This document shows, piece after piece, positions 9,520 through 18,499 of a DNA stretch of 64,000 bases. How positions within the stretch are numbered: the first letter of the stretch is position 1; every line of letters starts with the position of its first letter. Location of the stretch: the IMG/VR virus record IMGVR_UViG_3300048008_000449, positions 1-64,000 of that record, one strand, 5' to 3'. The notes under the pieces are model-generated. The model had not been told where the DNA came from and searched no databases. It worked only from the letters and a program-made list of their open reading frames with translations. A program made the position numbers and the translations under genes.

Positions 9520-9656
9520 AAAATAAATTGCTAACAGAAATTAAAAATTTGGAACAAGTAATATATATTTCAGAACTAGAAAAAGTTTCAGATAAAACTA
9601 TGACTAACCTTAGAAATAAATTAACAAAATTACAAAAACAGGCAGAGAATGATTAA
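9516..9656 (+). CDS. 46-aa basic, coiled-coil-like small protein (absent from ORF track)
   Basis: MKNKLLTEIKNLEQVIYISELEKVSDKTMTNLRNKLTKLQKQAEND; fills the gap exactly, with an ATGA overlap upstream and an 8-nt overlap downstream. Confidence 0.6.
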   Translation: MKNKLLTEIKNLEQVIYISELEKVSDKTMTNLRNKLTKLQKQAEND

Positions 9657-10926
9657 AGGCCAAAAAGATTGGGATTATCAATTTGTAAGTGACTGTGAAA
9701 TAGTAAATGTGTTTATACCAAAAAACACACATCTCAGCGAACACGAAGAATTGAAACAAAAGCTACTGTTATTGCAACAAGTAGAATGTGATAATCACTT
9801 GACATCAAGCATAGTTAACTTGTATAATACTAGTAGTATTGACTGGATTAACCATGTTAGAAAAATGGGACACAAATATGTTGCATTTTGGTTTGATGGC
9901 TGTTGGCCTAAAACAGAAGGTATTGAGAAAAAGATACTAACCTATATAACTAGATTAGAAAAGAAAGATTGGATAACCGCAGTACATCCAAAATACTTAG
10001 ATAGTTTAATGTTACTGAATATAGACGAATTTATTGCATGGCCTGCTAAAGCACCTAACTTTGGAAACTATAAGTTTTGGGCAGAGAATTGGATAAGTGA
10101 CTGTACAGTAGAATTAAGTAAAACCATAGAAAGAAACATAGTAGTGGGTGCACCACAAACAGATCCAGAGAACTTTTTAAATGGACTAATGAATGAGAAA
10201 TATACAGATCATACTATTTCAAGAGGTGCAAGAGTAATTATAAAACGTAAAAATATACCAAGTAGTCCTGTATATTTTGTTAATACAGAGCCACTAGATG
10301 TTGACATTATTGAGCAAAATAAGGGTAAAATATACCAACAATATGTGGGTACAACTGCAGGTTTTAAACTGCTATATAACGCATATAACTACGGTTTTGA
10401 TTTACACAGTACAAAGTTCGTCTGGTACGATTTCGACGCACACAGCCTCAAATTTAAGCGTCTAATGGTGGAAAATTGGGACGGAATTGACTATCCAGCG
10501 TTTGTTGAACAGTTTTGTAGCAAGTATCCAGAAGCAAACTCATTATTGCTAAAAGATGCTAAAAAGCAATGGGCAAGTATTCTTGAACACTTTGGCGGAG
10601 AAAACAATTGGCTAGATTTTTGGTGTCAAGTTGGATGTATGGAACACGAATTTATTGAAGTAGATTTAATCAGCGGACACAAGCAAATAACAGACAAATT
10701 AGATAACGTTAGTACATTCTTTTGGACAAGCAACATATACAGTTATGTATTGCTAAAAGTAATGAGCGAACCATTTAAGTTAGAACGTAGTTTTGCTGAC
10801 TTAGTAACAAGATTACAAGAGATTGATAACTGTTGGTTCTTTGGAACAGATCCAAATGATAATAACTTAAATTGCAATGTAAAATCTATATTAGGTTATA
10901 GTACAAACGAAAGTATAGGAACGTAA
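9649..10926 (+). CDS. Uncharacterised two-domain enzyme-like protein, paralog of 10926-12326
   Basis: Shared blocks with the next ORF: YFVNTE/YILNTE, VWYDFD..KF...ENWDG.DY / IWADYS..KW...NEWNG.DF, FWTSNIY/LQCSNIF. Confidence 0.7.
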   Translation: MIKGQKDWDYQFVSDCEIVNVFIPKNTHLSEHEELKQKLLLLQQVECDNHLTSSIVNLYNTSSIDWINHVRKMGHKYVAFWFDGCWPKTEGIEKKILTYITRLEKKDWITAVHPKYLDSLMLLNIDEFIAWPAKAPNFGNYKFWAENWISDCTVELSKTIERNIVVGAPQTDPENFLNGLMNEKYTDHTISRGARVIIKRKNIPSSPVYFVNTEPLDVDIIEQNKGKIYQQYVGTTAGFKLLYNAYNYGFDLHSTKFVWYDFDAHSLKFKRLMVENWDGIDYPAFVEQFCSKYPEANSLLLKDAKKQWASILEHFGGENNWLDFWCQVGCMEHEFIEVDLISGHKQITDKLDNVSTFFWTSNIYSYVLLKVMSEPFKLERSFADLVTRLQEIDNCWFFGTDPNDNNLNCNVKSILGYSTNESIGT

Positions 10927-12326
10927 TGAAAATATTTATAAGAAGAAAAGAAATATGTCATATATCAGTCAGTGGTGTATTATGTAAAGAGTTAGAAGAA
11001 AAAGCATCTGACGATTATATTTCTATCTTAAAAACAGCAACTAATATAAATCTAAACCTTAGTACTGAATCGTCTTATATACATGATATTGAAGTGGACG
11101 CAGTATGGGATGCGTTTGAAAATTTAAGAGATCTTGGATTTAAAGTAGCAGTGTTATGGGCTGAAGGTAGTTGGCCTTGTGATCCTGATATAGATGATCA
11201 AATATTAGAATCAGTTGAGGAATGGGACAAAGAAGAATGGGGTTGTGCAGGACATATTTTAGATAGACCTGGAAAACGCAAGCCTACATTCCATCATCAG
11301 TGTGTTATTGTTAATTTACAAAAACAAACAGAAAGTATTCAATGTAGGATTCGTGAGTATGAAGCAAGTACAGAACACTTTCACGATGACTACACACCTA
11401 AATGGATTAAACCAACAGGAGCTTCTAACTTATATGAATATGTTCCTTCTAGTAGTTGGAGTTACGAAGAAGCAAAGAAACCATATAACTTGTTTAATTG
11501 TATATTGAGAACATCTCTAAAAAAAGGTTTAAAAGTTTTTAATATAGGATATAATATACGTAATTGTAAAGTATGTACATACCCTGAAGATGATATTAAA
11601 TGGACAGAAGAACAATTATTTAAAGAATACAGTGATCCAAAGATTATATATGATATAAAAGAAAACTATCCAGACAAGTTTTGTTTACTTGAAGCTAAGG
11701 TAATGTCTGAAACTTCTTTATATATTCTCAACACAGAATCAGTACCACATGTAATACAAGATGATATACAAGTAATGGTATGTCCGTGTAGTGGGTTACA
11801 TCAATTTAAATTTATAGAAAATAGTTTAGAGGTAATGGAAAAAGTTATTTGGGCAGACTATAGTTCTTATGCAGTTAAGTGGATGGAAATACTAATCAAC
11901 GAATGGAATGGGAAAGACTTTCATGACTTCTTTGAAACTAACAAACATAGACTTGATTATGATGGAATGTATGTATATGGACATGGTACATGGGAAAAGT
12001 TTTTAGATAGTTTTGATAGCAAAGAACAGTGGTTAAGTGTGTGGAATAAGATAAGAAATTTAGAGCATGATTTTAATGTAATAAATATTGTTAATGAAAG
12101 TAATAAAATAATAGAACTAATCCCACATGATAAGAATGTGTTATTACAATGTAGTAATATCTTCATGTATGAATCAAATTATTTTAACAAAGGATTAGAT
12201 ACAACATTTAATTCTATATCATATGTAAGAAGTGTACAAAACATTTCAAACAAAGTTTACTTGAATGGTGATTTTAATGGAAATTTTTATGATATGGTAA
12301 ACATAGGTAGGAGAAAATTTATATGA
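10926..12326 (+). CDS. Uncharacterised two-domain enzyme-like protein, paralog of 9649-10926
   Basis: See shared motif blocks; N-terminal GHILDR..FHHQCVIVNL is glycosyltransferase-like by eye (weak). Confidence 0.7.
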   Translation: MKIFIRRKEICHISVSGVLCKELEEKASDDYISILKTATNINLNLSTESSYIHDIEVDAVWDAFENLRDLGFKVAVLWAEGSWPCDPDIDDQILESVEEWDKEEWGCAGHILDRPGKRKPTFHHQCVIVNLQKQTESIQCRIREYEASTEHFHDDYTPKWIKPTGASNLYEYVPSSSWSYEEAKKPYNLFNCILRTSLKKGLKVFNIGYNIRNCKVCTYPEDDIKWTEEQLFKEYSDPKIIYDIKENYPDKFCLLEAKVMSETSLYILNTESVPHVIQDDIQVMVCPCSGLHQFKFIENSLEVMEKVIWADYSSYAVKWMEILINEWNGKDFHDFFETNKHRLDYDGMYVYGHGTWEKFLDSFDSKEQWLSVWNKIRNLEHDFNVINIVNESNKIIELIPHDKNVLLQCSNIFMYESNYFNKGLDTTFNSISYVRSVQNISNKVYLNGDFNGNFYDMVNIGRRKFI

Positions 12327-13096
12327 CAATGGTAGATATACGAGAGTATAGAAAATTACATATGTTTAAGCCAGTTGATGAAAGAACACAAGAACATTTC
12401 TCAGCATGGGAAGATGTTAAAAAGAATCCAGCATTGGCTGACGAAATACAATTACAACCAAAAGAAGACGATGCAGATTTTATTAGAGATAATACTAAAG
12501 TGCCTTGGGTTGAAATTAAATCAAAAGTATTTTTTCCAGCACCTAGTATAAAAGCTGAAGCACAACAACTATTACGTACAGAATGTTTTACATCTCATAG
12601 AGCAGATAATTCAGGAGGCTGGATGAGCTTGTGTGTTTATGGAATGAGTAGTGTACATACAAATAGTACACACGATTATCAACTGCCAGAGTTTGCAGAA
12701 AGAGATCTAAGTGACTGGACAGACATTGCAAAGTTTTGCCCTATTACAAAAGACTGGCTAGAAAATAATGGACTGTATGATAGATATACACGTGTTCGTT
12801 TTGTAGTAGTATTGCCCGGCGGCTGGATAAGTCCACATGCAGATGTAGATAGTAAAGTAGGACTTGGTGCTACTAATGTATCATTAAACAATCCAGACGG
12901 ATGTGGATTAGTAATGGAAGAATACGGAAAAATGCCATTTGAAGATGGTAACATATTTAAGATTAATACTGGATACGAACATGCAGTATACAATAACTCA
13001 GGGATGCCTAGATTTCATATGATATTAGATGGCGATGTGAGTGATTATCAAAGAAATGAAATAGACAAGAATTATGCCAAAATGTTTGATGTTTAA
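12323..13096 (+). CDS. Aspartyl/asparaginyl beta-hydroxylase-like 2OG-Fe(II) oxygenase
   Basis: RVRFVVVLPGGWISPHAD (HxD) and INTGYEHAVYN..RFHMI. Confidence 0.85.
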   Translation: MTMVDIREYRKLHMFKPVDERTQEHFSAWEDVKKNPALADEIQLQPKEDDADFIRDNTKVPWVEIKSKVFFPAPSIKAEAQQLLRTECFTSHRADNSGGWMSLCVYGMSSVHTNSTHDYQLPEFAERDLSDWTDIAKFCPITKDWLENNGLYDRYTRVRFVVVLPGGWISPHADVDSKVGLGATNVSLNNPDGCGLVMEEYGKMPFEDGNIFKINTGYEHAVYNNSGMPRFHMILDGDVSDYQRNEIDKNYAKMFDV

Positions 13097-14126
13097 ACAC
13101 GGAGTAACAATAGGTCCTGTCGGAAACGTCAGACCTTGTTGTATGTACATGAATCAAGATTTAGACAAGCGTTATAATGACGAAGGCTGGCGAGAAGAGT
13201 TTGACCAACTATATGAAGAAAGTCTTACTAAATGGTTGCCCAATTGTTACGAGTGTAAAGCAGAAGAAGACAGAGGCGAAAATAGTTTACGTATGGATGC
13301 TAACAGATGGTTTGAAGGCACAGAAGGAATTCAGTATTGGGATTTAAAATTGCATAACACATGCAATTTAACTTGTGTTATGTGCAATCCTGTTAGCAGT
13401 AGTAAGTGGCAAACACTAGTAAACAATAACCCTGAAGAAGAATGGCTTGGTGTTGTTAAAAAAGAAGCACAAATGAAAACTGGTTGGCATAAAGATATAT
13501 TGCCACTAATGATGGAACAACTTTATGATACAAAATATTTAAAATTTACAGGTGGCGAACCATTAATGATTCCACATGTAAGAAAGATTATTAAAAAATT
13601 ATATGACGAGGAAGTATCACCAGCGGTGCGTCTAAGTATTATTACTAATGGAACAATTCCATTAGATGCTGAAATGCTTAAAATGCTATTAACATTTAAG
13701 CGTGTACTGTTTATTGTAAGTGTTGACGGACTAGGCGAGAGATTTGAATATATCAGACAAGGATCAAATTGGCAAGAAGTTGAAAAGAATCTTCAACAGT
13801 TTAAAAAAATTGAAACAATGCACAACAACTTTGGATTGAAAATTAACTTCCTTCCAATGGCAGTTAATGCTGCTCAGCATGATGAGGCAGAACAATGGGC
13901 TAAGAAGAATAAATATGAATTTAGTCATAGTGTTGAAATATATAGACCAAAGTATTTGACATATGCTAGTTTAAATGCTAAACTAAGAGATAGATATAAT
14001 ATAACTTCGCATTACGAATATGACGAAGAACAATACCAACAGCTATTAAAACATATGGCTATAAAAGATAAGTTATCAGGCACTAACTTTAAGAGTGCTT
14101 GTCCGGAGTTTTTTGAAGATGAGTAA
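13074..14126 (+). CDS. Radical SAM protein with N-terminal SPASM/Twitch-like domain
   Basis: PKC..GNVRPCC..CYEC; CNLTCVMC; TGGEP; ITNG; SVDG..YIR. Confidence 0.93.
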   Translation: MPKCLMFKHGVTIGPVGNVRPCCMYMNQDLDKRYNDEGWREEFDQLYEESLTKWLPNCYECKAEEDRGENSLRMDANRWFEGTEGIQYWDLKLHNTCNLTCVMCNPVSSSKWQTLVNNNPEEEWLGVVKKEAQMKTGWHKDILPLMMEQLYDTKYLKFTGGEPLMIPHVRKIIKKLYDEEVSPAVRLSIITNGTIPLDAEMLKMLLTFKRVLFIVSVDGLGERFEYIRQGSNWQEVEKNLQQFKKIETMHNNFGLKINFLPMAVNAAQHDEAEQWAKKNKYEFSHSVEIYRPKYLTYASLNAKLRDRYNITSHYEYDEEQYQQLLKHMAIKDKLSGTNFKSACPEFFEDE

Positions 14127-15336
14127 AAAATTACCAAGTGATACATTTTGTGTATTACCATTCATGCATGCCGCGGTTAATCCTGGCGGCGGGTTTCGTG
14201 TTTGTTGTAACAGTAATCCTGCTAACAATAAAGTACTAAAGGATGATGGAAGTGGCAAAGCGTATAGAATATTTAAAGATGATATCAACGATGCATGGAA
14301 TAGTAAATGGTATAAAAATATTCGTAAGCAGTTTATTAACGGAGAACGTCCTGAAACATGTCAAAGATGTTTCCGTGAAGAAGATGCAGGCATAAGAAGT
14401 CCACGTACAGGATATAATGAAAAATGGTATAAAGATGATGTTAATGTAGCTGAAGAAATACCATTGGATATACGTTATGTAGATTTGCGTTTAGGTAATT
14501 TATGTAATTTAAAATGTAGAATGTGTAATCCATGGAGTAGTAGTATGTGGGTTAAAGACTGGAACAAAGTAACAGGACTTGCAGAACTTACACCAAACGA
14601 TCCATTAAGTGATGAAGAACTAGATTATATGGAAGTTATGAAAGTATGGCCTGATCGTAAACAAACAGGATTAAACTTTGTAGAGATTGCAGGAACTATT
14701 GAAGAAATTTATTTAACAGGCGGTGAACCTACGTTAGCAACAAGTCAATATGCATTATTTGATTATTGTATTGAAAACGATTTAGCAAGTGGTATTAAAT
14801 TAAAGTATAACACAAACTTAACAAATATACCACAAAAGATGATTGACTATTGGAGTCACTTCAAAGGTGTACAACTTAATACAAGTATTGACGCAACAGG
14901 TGACAGAGATAGATATGTTAGATATCCAAGTAGTTGGCCAAAAATAGAACAAACATTTGACAAGCTGTTAGCATTACCAAATGTAGCAATTCAGGTACAT
15001 TGTACAGTACAAGTATTAAATATGTGTGCTATGAGTGAATTGTTTGATTGGACTAGAAGTAAAGGCATACCTGACAAAGACATATATTTAAATATTCTTA
15101 ATCATCCAGAAATGTACAACATTCGTACATTACCTAAAGAATTAAAACAACTAGCAGAACAGCGTTTACAACCATATTTAGACATACCAAAAGTAGCAGA
15201 TACAATTAAGTATATGTGGGCTGAGGATTGGCACGAAAAACGTTGGAAGGAATTTGTTGATTTTAATATGAAAACAGATGAATTACAAAAAGGTGACTTA
15301 CTAACAGTAGCCCCAGAATTTAAGAATTTTGTTTAG
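14119..15336 (+). CDS. Radical SAM protein with N-terminal SPASM/Twitch-like domain
   Basis: FCVLPFMH..RVCC..CQRC; CNLKCRMC; TGGEP; YNTN; SID..YVRYPS.W; start set at ATG 14119. Confidence 0.94.
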   Translation: MSKKLPSDTFCVLPFMHAAVNPGGGFRVCCNSNPANNKVLKDDGSGKAYRIFKDDINDAWNSKWYKNIRKQFINGERPETCQRCFREEDAGIRSPRTGYNEKWYKDDVNVAEEIPLDIRYVDLRLGNLCNLKCRMCNPWSSSMWVKDWNKVTGLAELTPNDPLSDEELDYMEVMKVWPDRKQTGLNFVEIAGTIEEIYLTGGEPTLATSQYALFDYCIENDLASGIKLKYNTNLTNIPQKMIDYWSHFKGVQLNTSIDATGDRDRYVRYPSSWPKIEQTFDKLLALPNVAIQVHCTVQVLNMCAMSELFDWTRSKGIPDKDIYLNILNHPEMYNIRTLPKELKQLAEQRLQPYLDIPKVADTIKYMWAEDWHEKRWKEFVDFNMKTDELQKGDLLTVAPEFKNFV

Positions 15337-15338
15337 CC

Positions 15339-15345
15339 ATAAATA
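15339..15345 (+). promoter_or_regulatory. ATAAATA late-type promoter motif in the only clear intergenic gap of the cluster
   Basis: CATAAATAG followed by an AAGGAG RBS and the ATG at 15370. Confidence 0.5.
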
Positions 15346-15369
15346 GTGCTATAACAAGGAGACAATACA

Positions 15370-16035
15370 ATGGATAAATGGAGTGATATAATTTCTGCGA
15401 GAAGTACAACCTTTAGTTGGACTGATGAATTAATACCAAAAGAAGTAATACAAGAAGTATGTGAGGAAGTACATTTATTTTGCCCTAGTAAAAATAGAAA
15501 GATACCTTACATTGTAAACGTAATTAGAAATACAGATTACGATCAGCGTAAAGCCCTACACACAGGCTGTCATAGAAATACTGATCGTACTATAGAAGAA
15601 GACGGTGGTAACCCACAAGTGCTTGCTCCAACATTATTGGTGTTTAGTAAGCGTGACGTAACTGAAGCTGAAACAAAGTTTCAAACTATAGAAAAAAGAG
15701 TTGAAGATGGCATTGCTAATACAGATAACATTGAAATTGGTATGGCAGCATTATCATTCTTATACGGCTTAACATCAAGAGGATGGGATACAGGTTTGTG
15801 TCAGTGTGTTAGAAGTCGTAGTGGAACAGCAAGATTACTTGGAACCAACGGCTCTACTGATTTAATTATTGGTGTAGGTAAACGTAACACAGTAGATTCA
15901 GAAACAGGTGAAACAACAACTTGGCCTAAGTATATGGATCCACGTAACGATAAGCATCGTAAAATTCCATACCCATATGGAATTAGTCCTTATCCTAAAC
16001 CAAACTTTGACGATATATATAAAATAGAATTTTAA
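15370..16035 (+). CDS. Nitroreductase-family flavoprotein
   Basis: IISARSTTFSW, CPSKNRKIPY, DNIEIGMAA..LTSRGWDTGLCQC fit the nitroreductase R.S / PS..N.QP / D.GI..G..TC pattern. Confidence 0.75.
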   Translation: MDKWSDIISARSTTFSWTDELIPKEVIQEVCEEVHLFCPSKNRKIPYIVNVIRNTDYDQRKALHTGCHRNTDRTIEEDGGNPQVLAPTLLVFSKRDVTEAETKFQTIEKRVEDGIANTDNIEIGMAALSFLYGLTSRGWDTGLCQCVRSRSGTARLLGTNGSTDLIIGVGKRNTVDSETGETTTWPKYMDPRNDKHRKIPYPYGISPYPKPNFDDIYKIEF

Positions 16036-16048
16036 GTAAGTGAGATAA

Positions 16049-16612
16049 ATGAAAATAATCGCAACCGGTAATCCAGAATTTGGTGTTGCAAAAGCAATTG
16101 CTGAACGGTTTCCTGAAACAACCTTTGTCAATAGAACTGACTGGGGATATGATTTATGTCAAGATTCATATAAAAAGAAACTAGCAGAAAAGGCTCTTAA
16201 TTATGACGTCTTTATTAACTGTTCCGCACTATGGCAGTATCATCAAACTATGCTACTAGATGTAGTCTACAAAAATGCTTTAAAGAACCTTAAACGACTA
16301 CATATCGTGTCTTTGGGTAGTACAACTGACAGAGCCACCAAAGGTAGCGACTGGCATTATCAACAAGAAAAGAAGGCATTGCGTAGTACAAGCAATGCAT
16401 TGGGCTTAAAAAGCATATGGGCTGGTGGACCAAAAGTAAGTTATGTTACATTTGGAACACTGGAAAATAATGCACATAAGCATCCAGGAAGAACAGTAAT
16501 GAAACTAAACGAAGCCGTAGATATGATAGAATATGTAATTAATATGCCTTATCATTTAAACGTTAACGAACTAAGCATTGACCCAATGCAAACGGATTGG
16601 CCAAATGAATAA
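16049..16612 (+). CDS. Short-chain dehydrogenase/reductase (SDR)
   Basis: KIIATGNPEFGVAKAI Rossmann motif, INCS, SLGS, YQQEK (YxxxK). Confidence 0.8.
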   Translation: MKIIATGNPEFGVAKAIAERFPETTFVNRTDWGYDLCQDSYKKKLAEKALNYDVFINCSALWQYHQTMLLDVVYKNALKNLKRLHIVSLGSTTDRATKGSDWHYQQEKKALRSTSNALGLKSIWAGGPKVSYVTFGTLENNAHKHPGRTVMKLNEAVDMIEYVINMPYHLNVNELSIDPMQTDWPNE

Positions 16613-17780
16613 ATTTTGCTACATGCCTTGGCATGCAATCACGTTGAGTGCAAATGGTGATATTAAGCCATGCTGTCAATTTAGTAATAAAGGTCGTTTA
16701 CCTAATACACAACATGAAACTATTATGGAAAACTTTAATAGTGAACGTATGCAAGAACTACGTAAAGACTTTCTAAAAGGTGTACAACCTAGTGCTTGCA
16801 ATAGTTGTTGGGAGAGAGAAGATTTAGTAGGACAAAGTAGACGCCTGTGGTTTAATAAAAAGTTTATGAAGTTTGATGCTGATTTTATAAATGGCAATAC
16901 ACCTGATACATATGATGTACCAAATCCAAAGTTCTATCAAGCAGATATTAACTTATCAAATGTGTGTAATTTAAAATGCCGTATGTGTGGAAGTTGGGCA
17001 AGTAACAGTTGGTTCGAAGAAGAAATAGCGTTAGCTAAAATAGACAAGCGTTATGAAAAGAATGAAAGAGCAGTTCCATTACAACAATATGGATTAGAAG
17101 ACTTACGCAATATGCTACCTCATTTAAAAGATGTAAAGCGTATAGACTTTAAAGGCGGAGAGCCTATGATGGCTAAACATCATAATCAATTCTTACAATG
17201 GTTGATTGATGAAGATATGACTAACATTGAATTATTTTACACAACAAACGGAACAGTACAAAATCCTAAAATACTGAACTTGTTAAAACAGTTTAAACGT
17301 GTTAGTATATGTTTTAGTATAGAAGGTACTGGAGAACTATATAGATATATTAGAGGTGGCAAATACGAACTAGAAGATTTTGAATTCACACTATCAGAAT
17401 ATGATAAGTTACCAAATGTACAAATTATGTTTAATGTAACATTACAAAATTATAATGTATTTAACTTACCAGACTTGCATTTTTTCTTGCATGAAATGGA
17501 AGATAAATACGAGAGAGTAAGTGCTAACAGTAGTTTCACTACTATCTGTAACAAACCAGCATATTTAAGTCCAATGAACTTGCCAGATGATTTACGAGAT
17601 AAAGCAATTAAAAACTTATCCTTGTTTGAAGATTTTGACAAGTTAGTTGAGAGTATGAAAGCTAGAACATTTAATCCTGAACTATGGGATACATTTATTA
17701 ACTTTACAAACGACTTAGATAAAATGCGAGGAGATAGTGTAGTTAAAGCTGTACCTCAACTAAAGGAATATTTTAAATGA
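16605..17780 (+). CDS. Radical SAM protein with N-terminal SPASM/Twitch-like domain
   Basis: FCYMPWH..KPCC..CNSC; CNLKCRMC; GGEP; TTNG; SIEG..YIRG; start set at ATG 16605. Confidence 0.94.
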   Translation: MNKFCYMPWHAITLSANGDIKPCCQFSNKGRLPNTQHETIMENFNSERMQELRKDFLKGVQPSACNSCWEREDLVGQSRRLWFNKKFMKFDADFINGNTPDTYDVPNPKFYQADINLSNVCNLKCRMCGSWASNSWFEEEIALAKIDKRYEKNERAVPLQQYGLEDLRNMLPHLKDVKRIDFKGGEPMMAKHHNQFLQWLIDEDMTNIELFYTTNGTVQNPKILNLLKQFKRVSICFSIEGTGELYRYIRGGKYELEDFEFTLSEYDKLPNVQIMFNVTLQNYNVFNLPDLHFFLHEMEDKYERVSANSSFTTICNKPAYLSPMNLPDDLRDKAIKNLSLFEDFDKLVESMKARTFNPELWDTFINFTNDLDKMRGDSVVKAVPQLKEYFK

Positions 17781-18499
17781 GAAAACTTGTAGGTATTGAA
17801 GATAATCATGCACCTAAGGATGAGTTACTACGAGTAGAATGGAATTTAGGAAAACGTTGTAATTACAATTGTAGTTACTGTGGTAACGAACTACATAATA
17901 AAACAAGCGAGCATATGCCTTGGGAAGTTTATACTAATACAATAGATAAAATTGTAGAAGCAGCAATGGGCAAAAAGATTAAAATTAGTTTTACAGGCGG
18001 TGAGCCATTTGTACATCCAAAGTTTATTGATATGTTAAAGTATGCTAAAGAAAATGGTGTATATAGATGTAGTGTTACAACAAACGGAAGTCCACCACCT
18101 AAGATATATAAGAAAGCATTGCCATATTTACATTATGTTGTAATCAGTTATCATTTTGAATTTGCATATCATGAGAAAGTTATTAATAACATTACAGGTA
18201 TGTGGAAAGAGATACAAGAATATAGAGCTAAAGATGATTACAAAGGCATGCATGTTCATATTATGGCTTTACCAGGACACTTGCCACAATGGAAAGAAAT
18301 CATAGACGAATTAAAAGAATGTGGAGTTGAGTATACTATAAGAAAAATTAGACCACGTGTTAACATGGATCGTACAGGTTGGAATAAACCATATGCTGAC
18401 GGTATGTTAGGGCAACATCCTAAACACGAAGAAACAGAAAAGTTTGCAGGACAATATTATAGTAATGAAGAAGAGGAGTGGTTAAAAGTAAATGCCTGA
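17777..18499 (+). CDS. Radical SAM protein, core only (paralog of the N-terminal part of 23454-24629)
   Basis: VEWNLGKRCNYNCSYC, SFTGGEPF.HP, TTNG, SYHFE. Confidence 0.92.
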   Translation: MRKLVGIEDNHAPKDELLRVEWNLGKRCNYNCSYCGNELHNKTSEHMPWEVYTNTIDKIVEAAMGKKIKISFTGGEPFVHPKFIDMLKYAKENGVYRCSVTTNGSPPPKIYKKALPYLHYVVISYHFEFAYHEKVINNITGMWKEIQEYRAKDDYKGMHVHIMALPGHLPQWKEIIDELKECGVEYTIRKIRPRVNMDRTGWNKPYADGMLGQHPKHEETEKFAGQYYSNEEEEWLKVNA

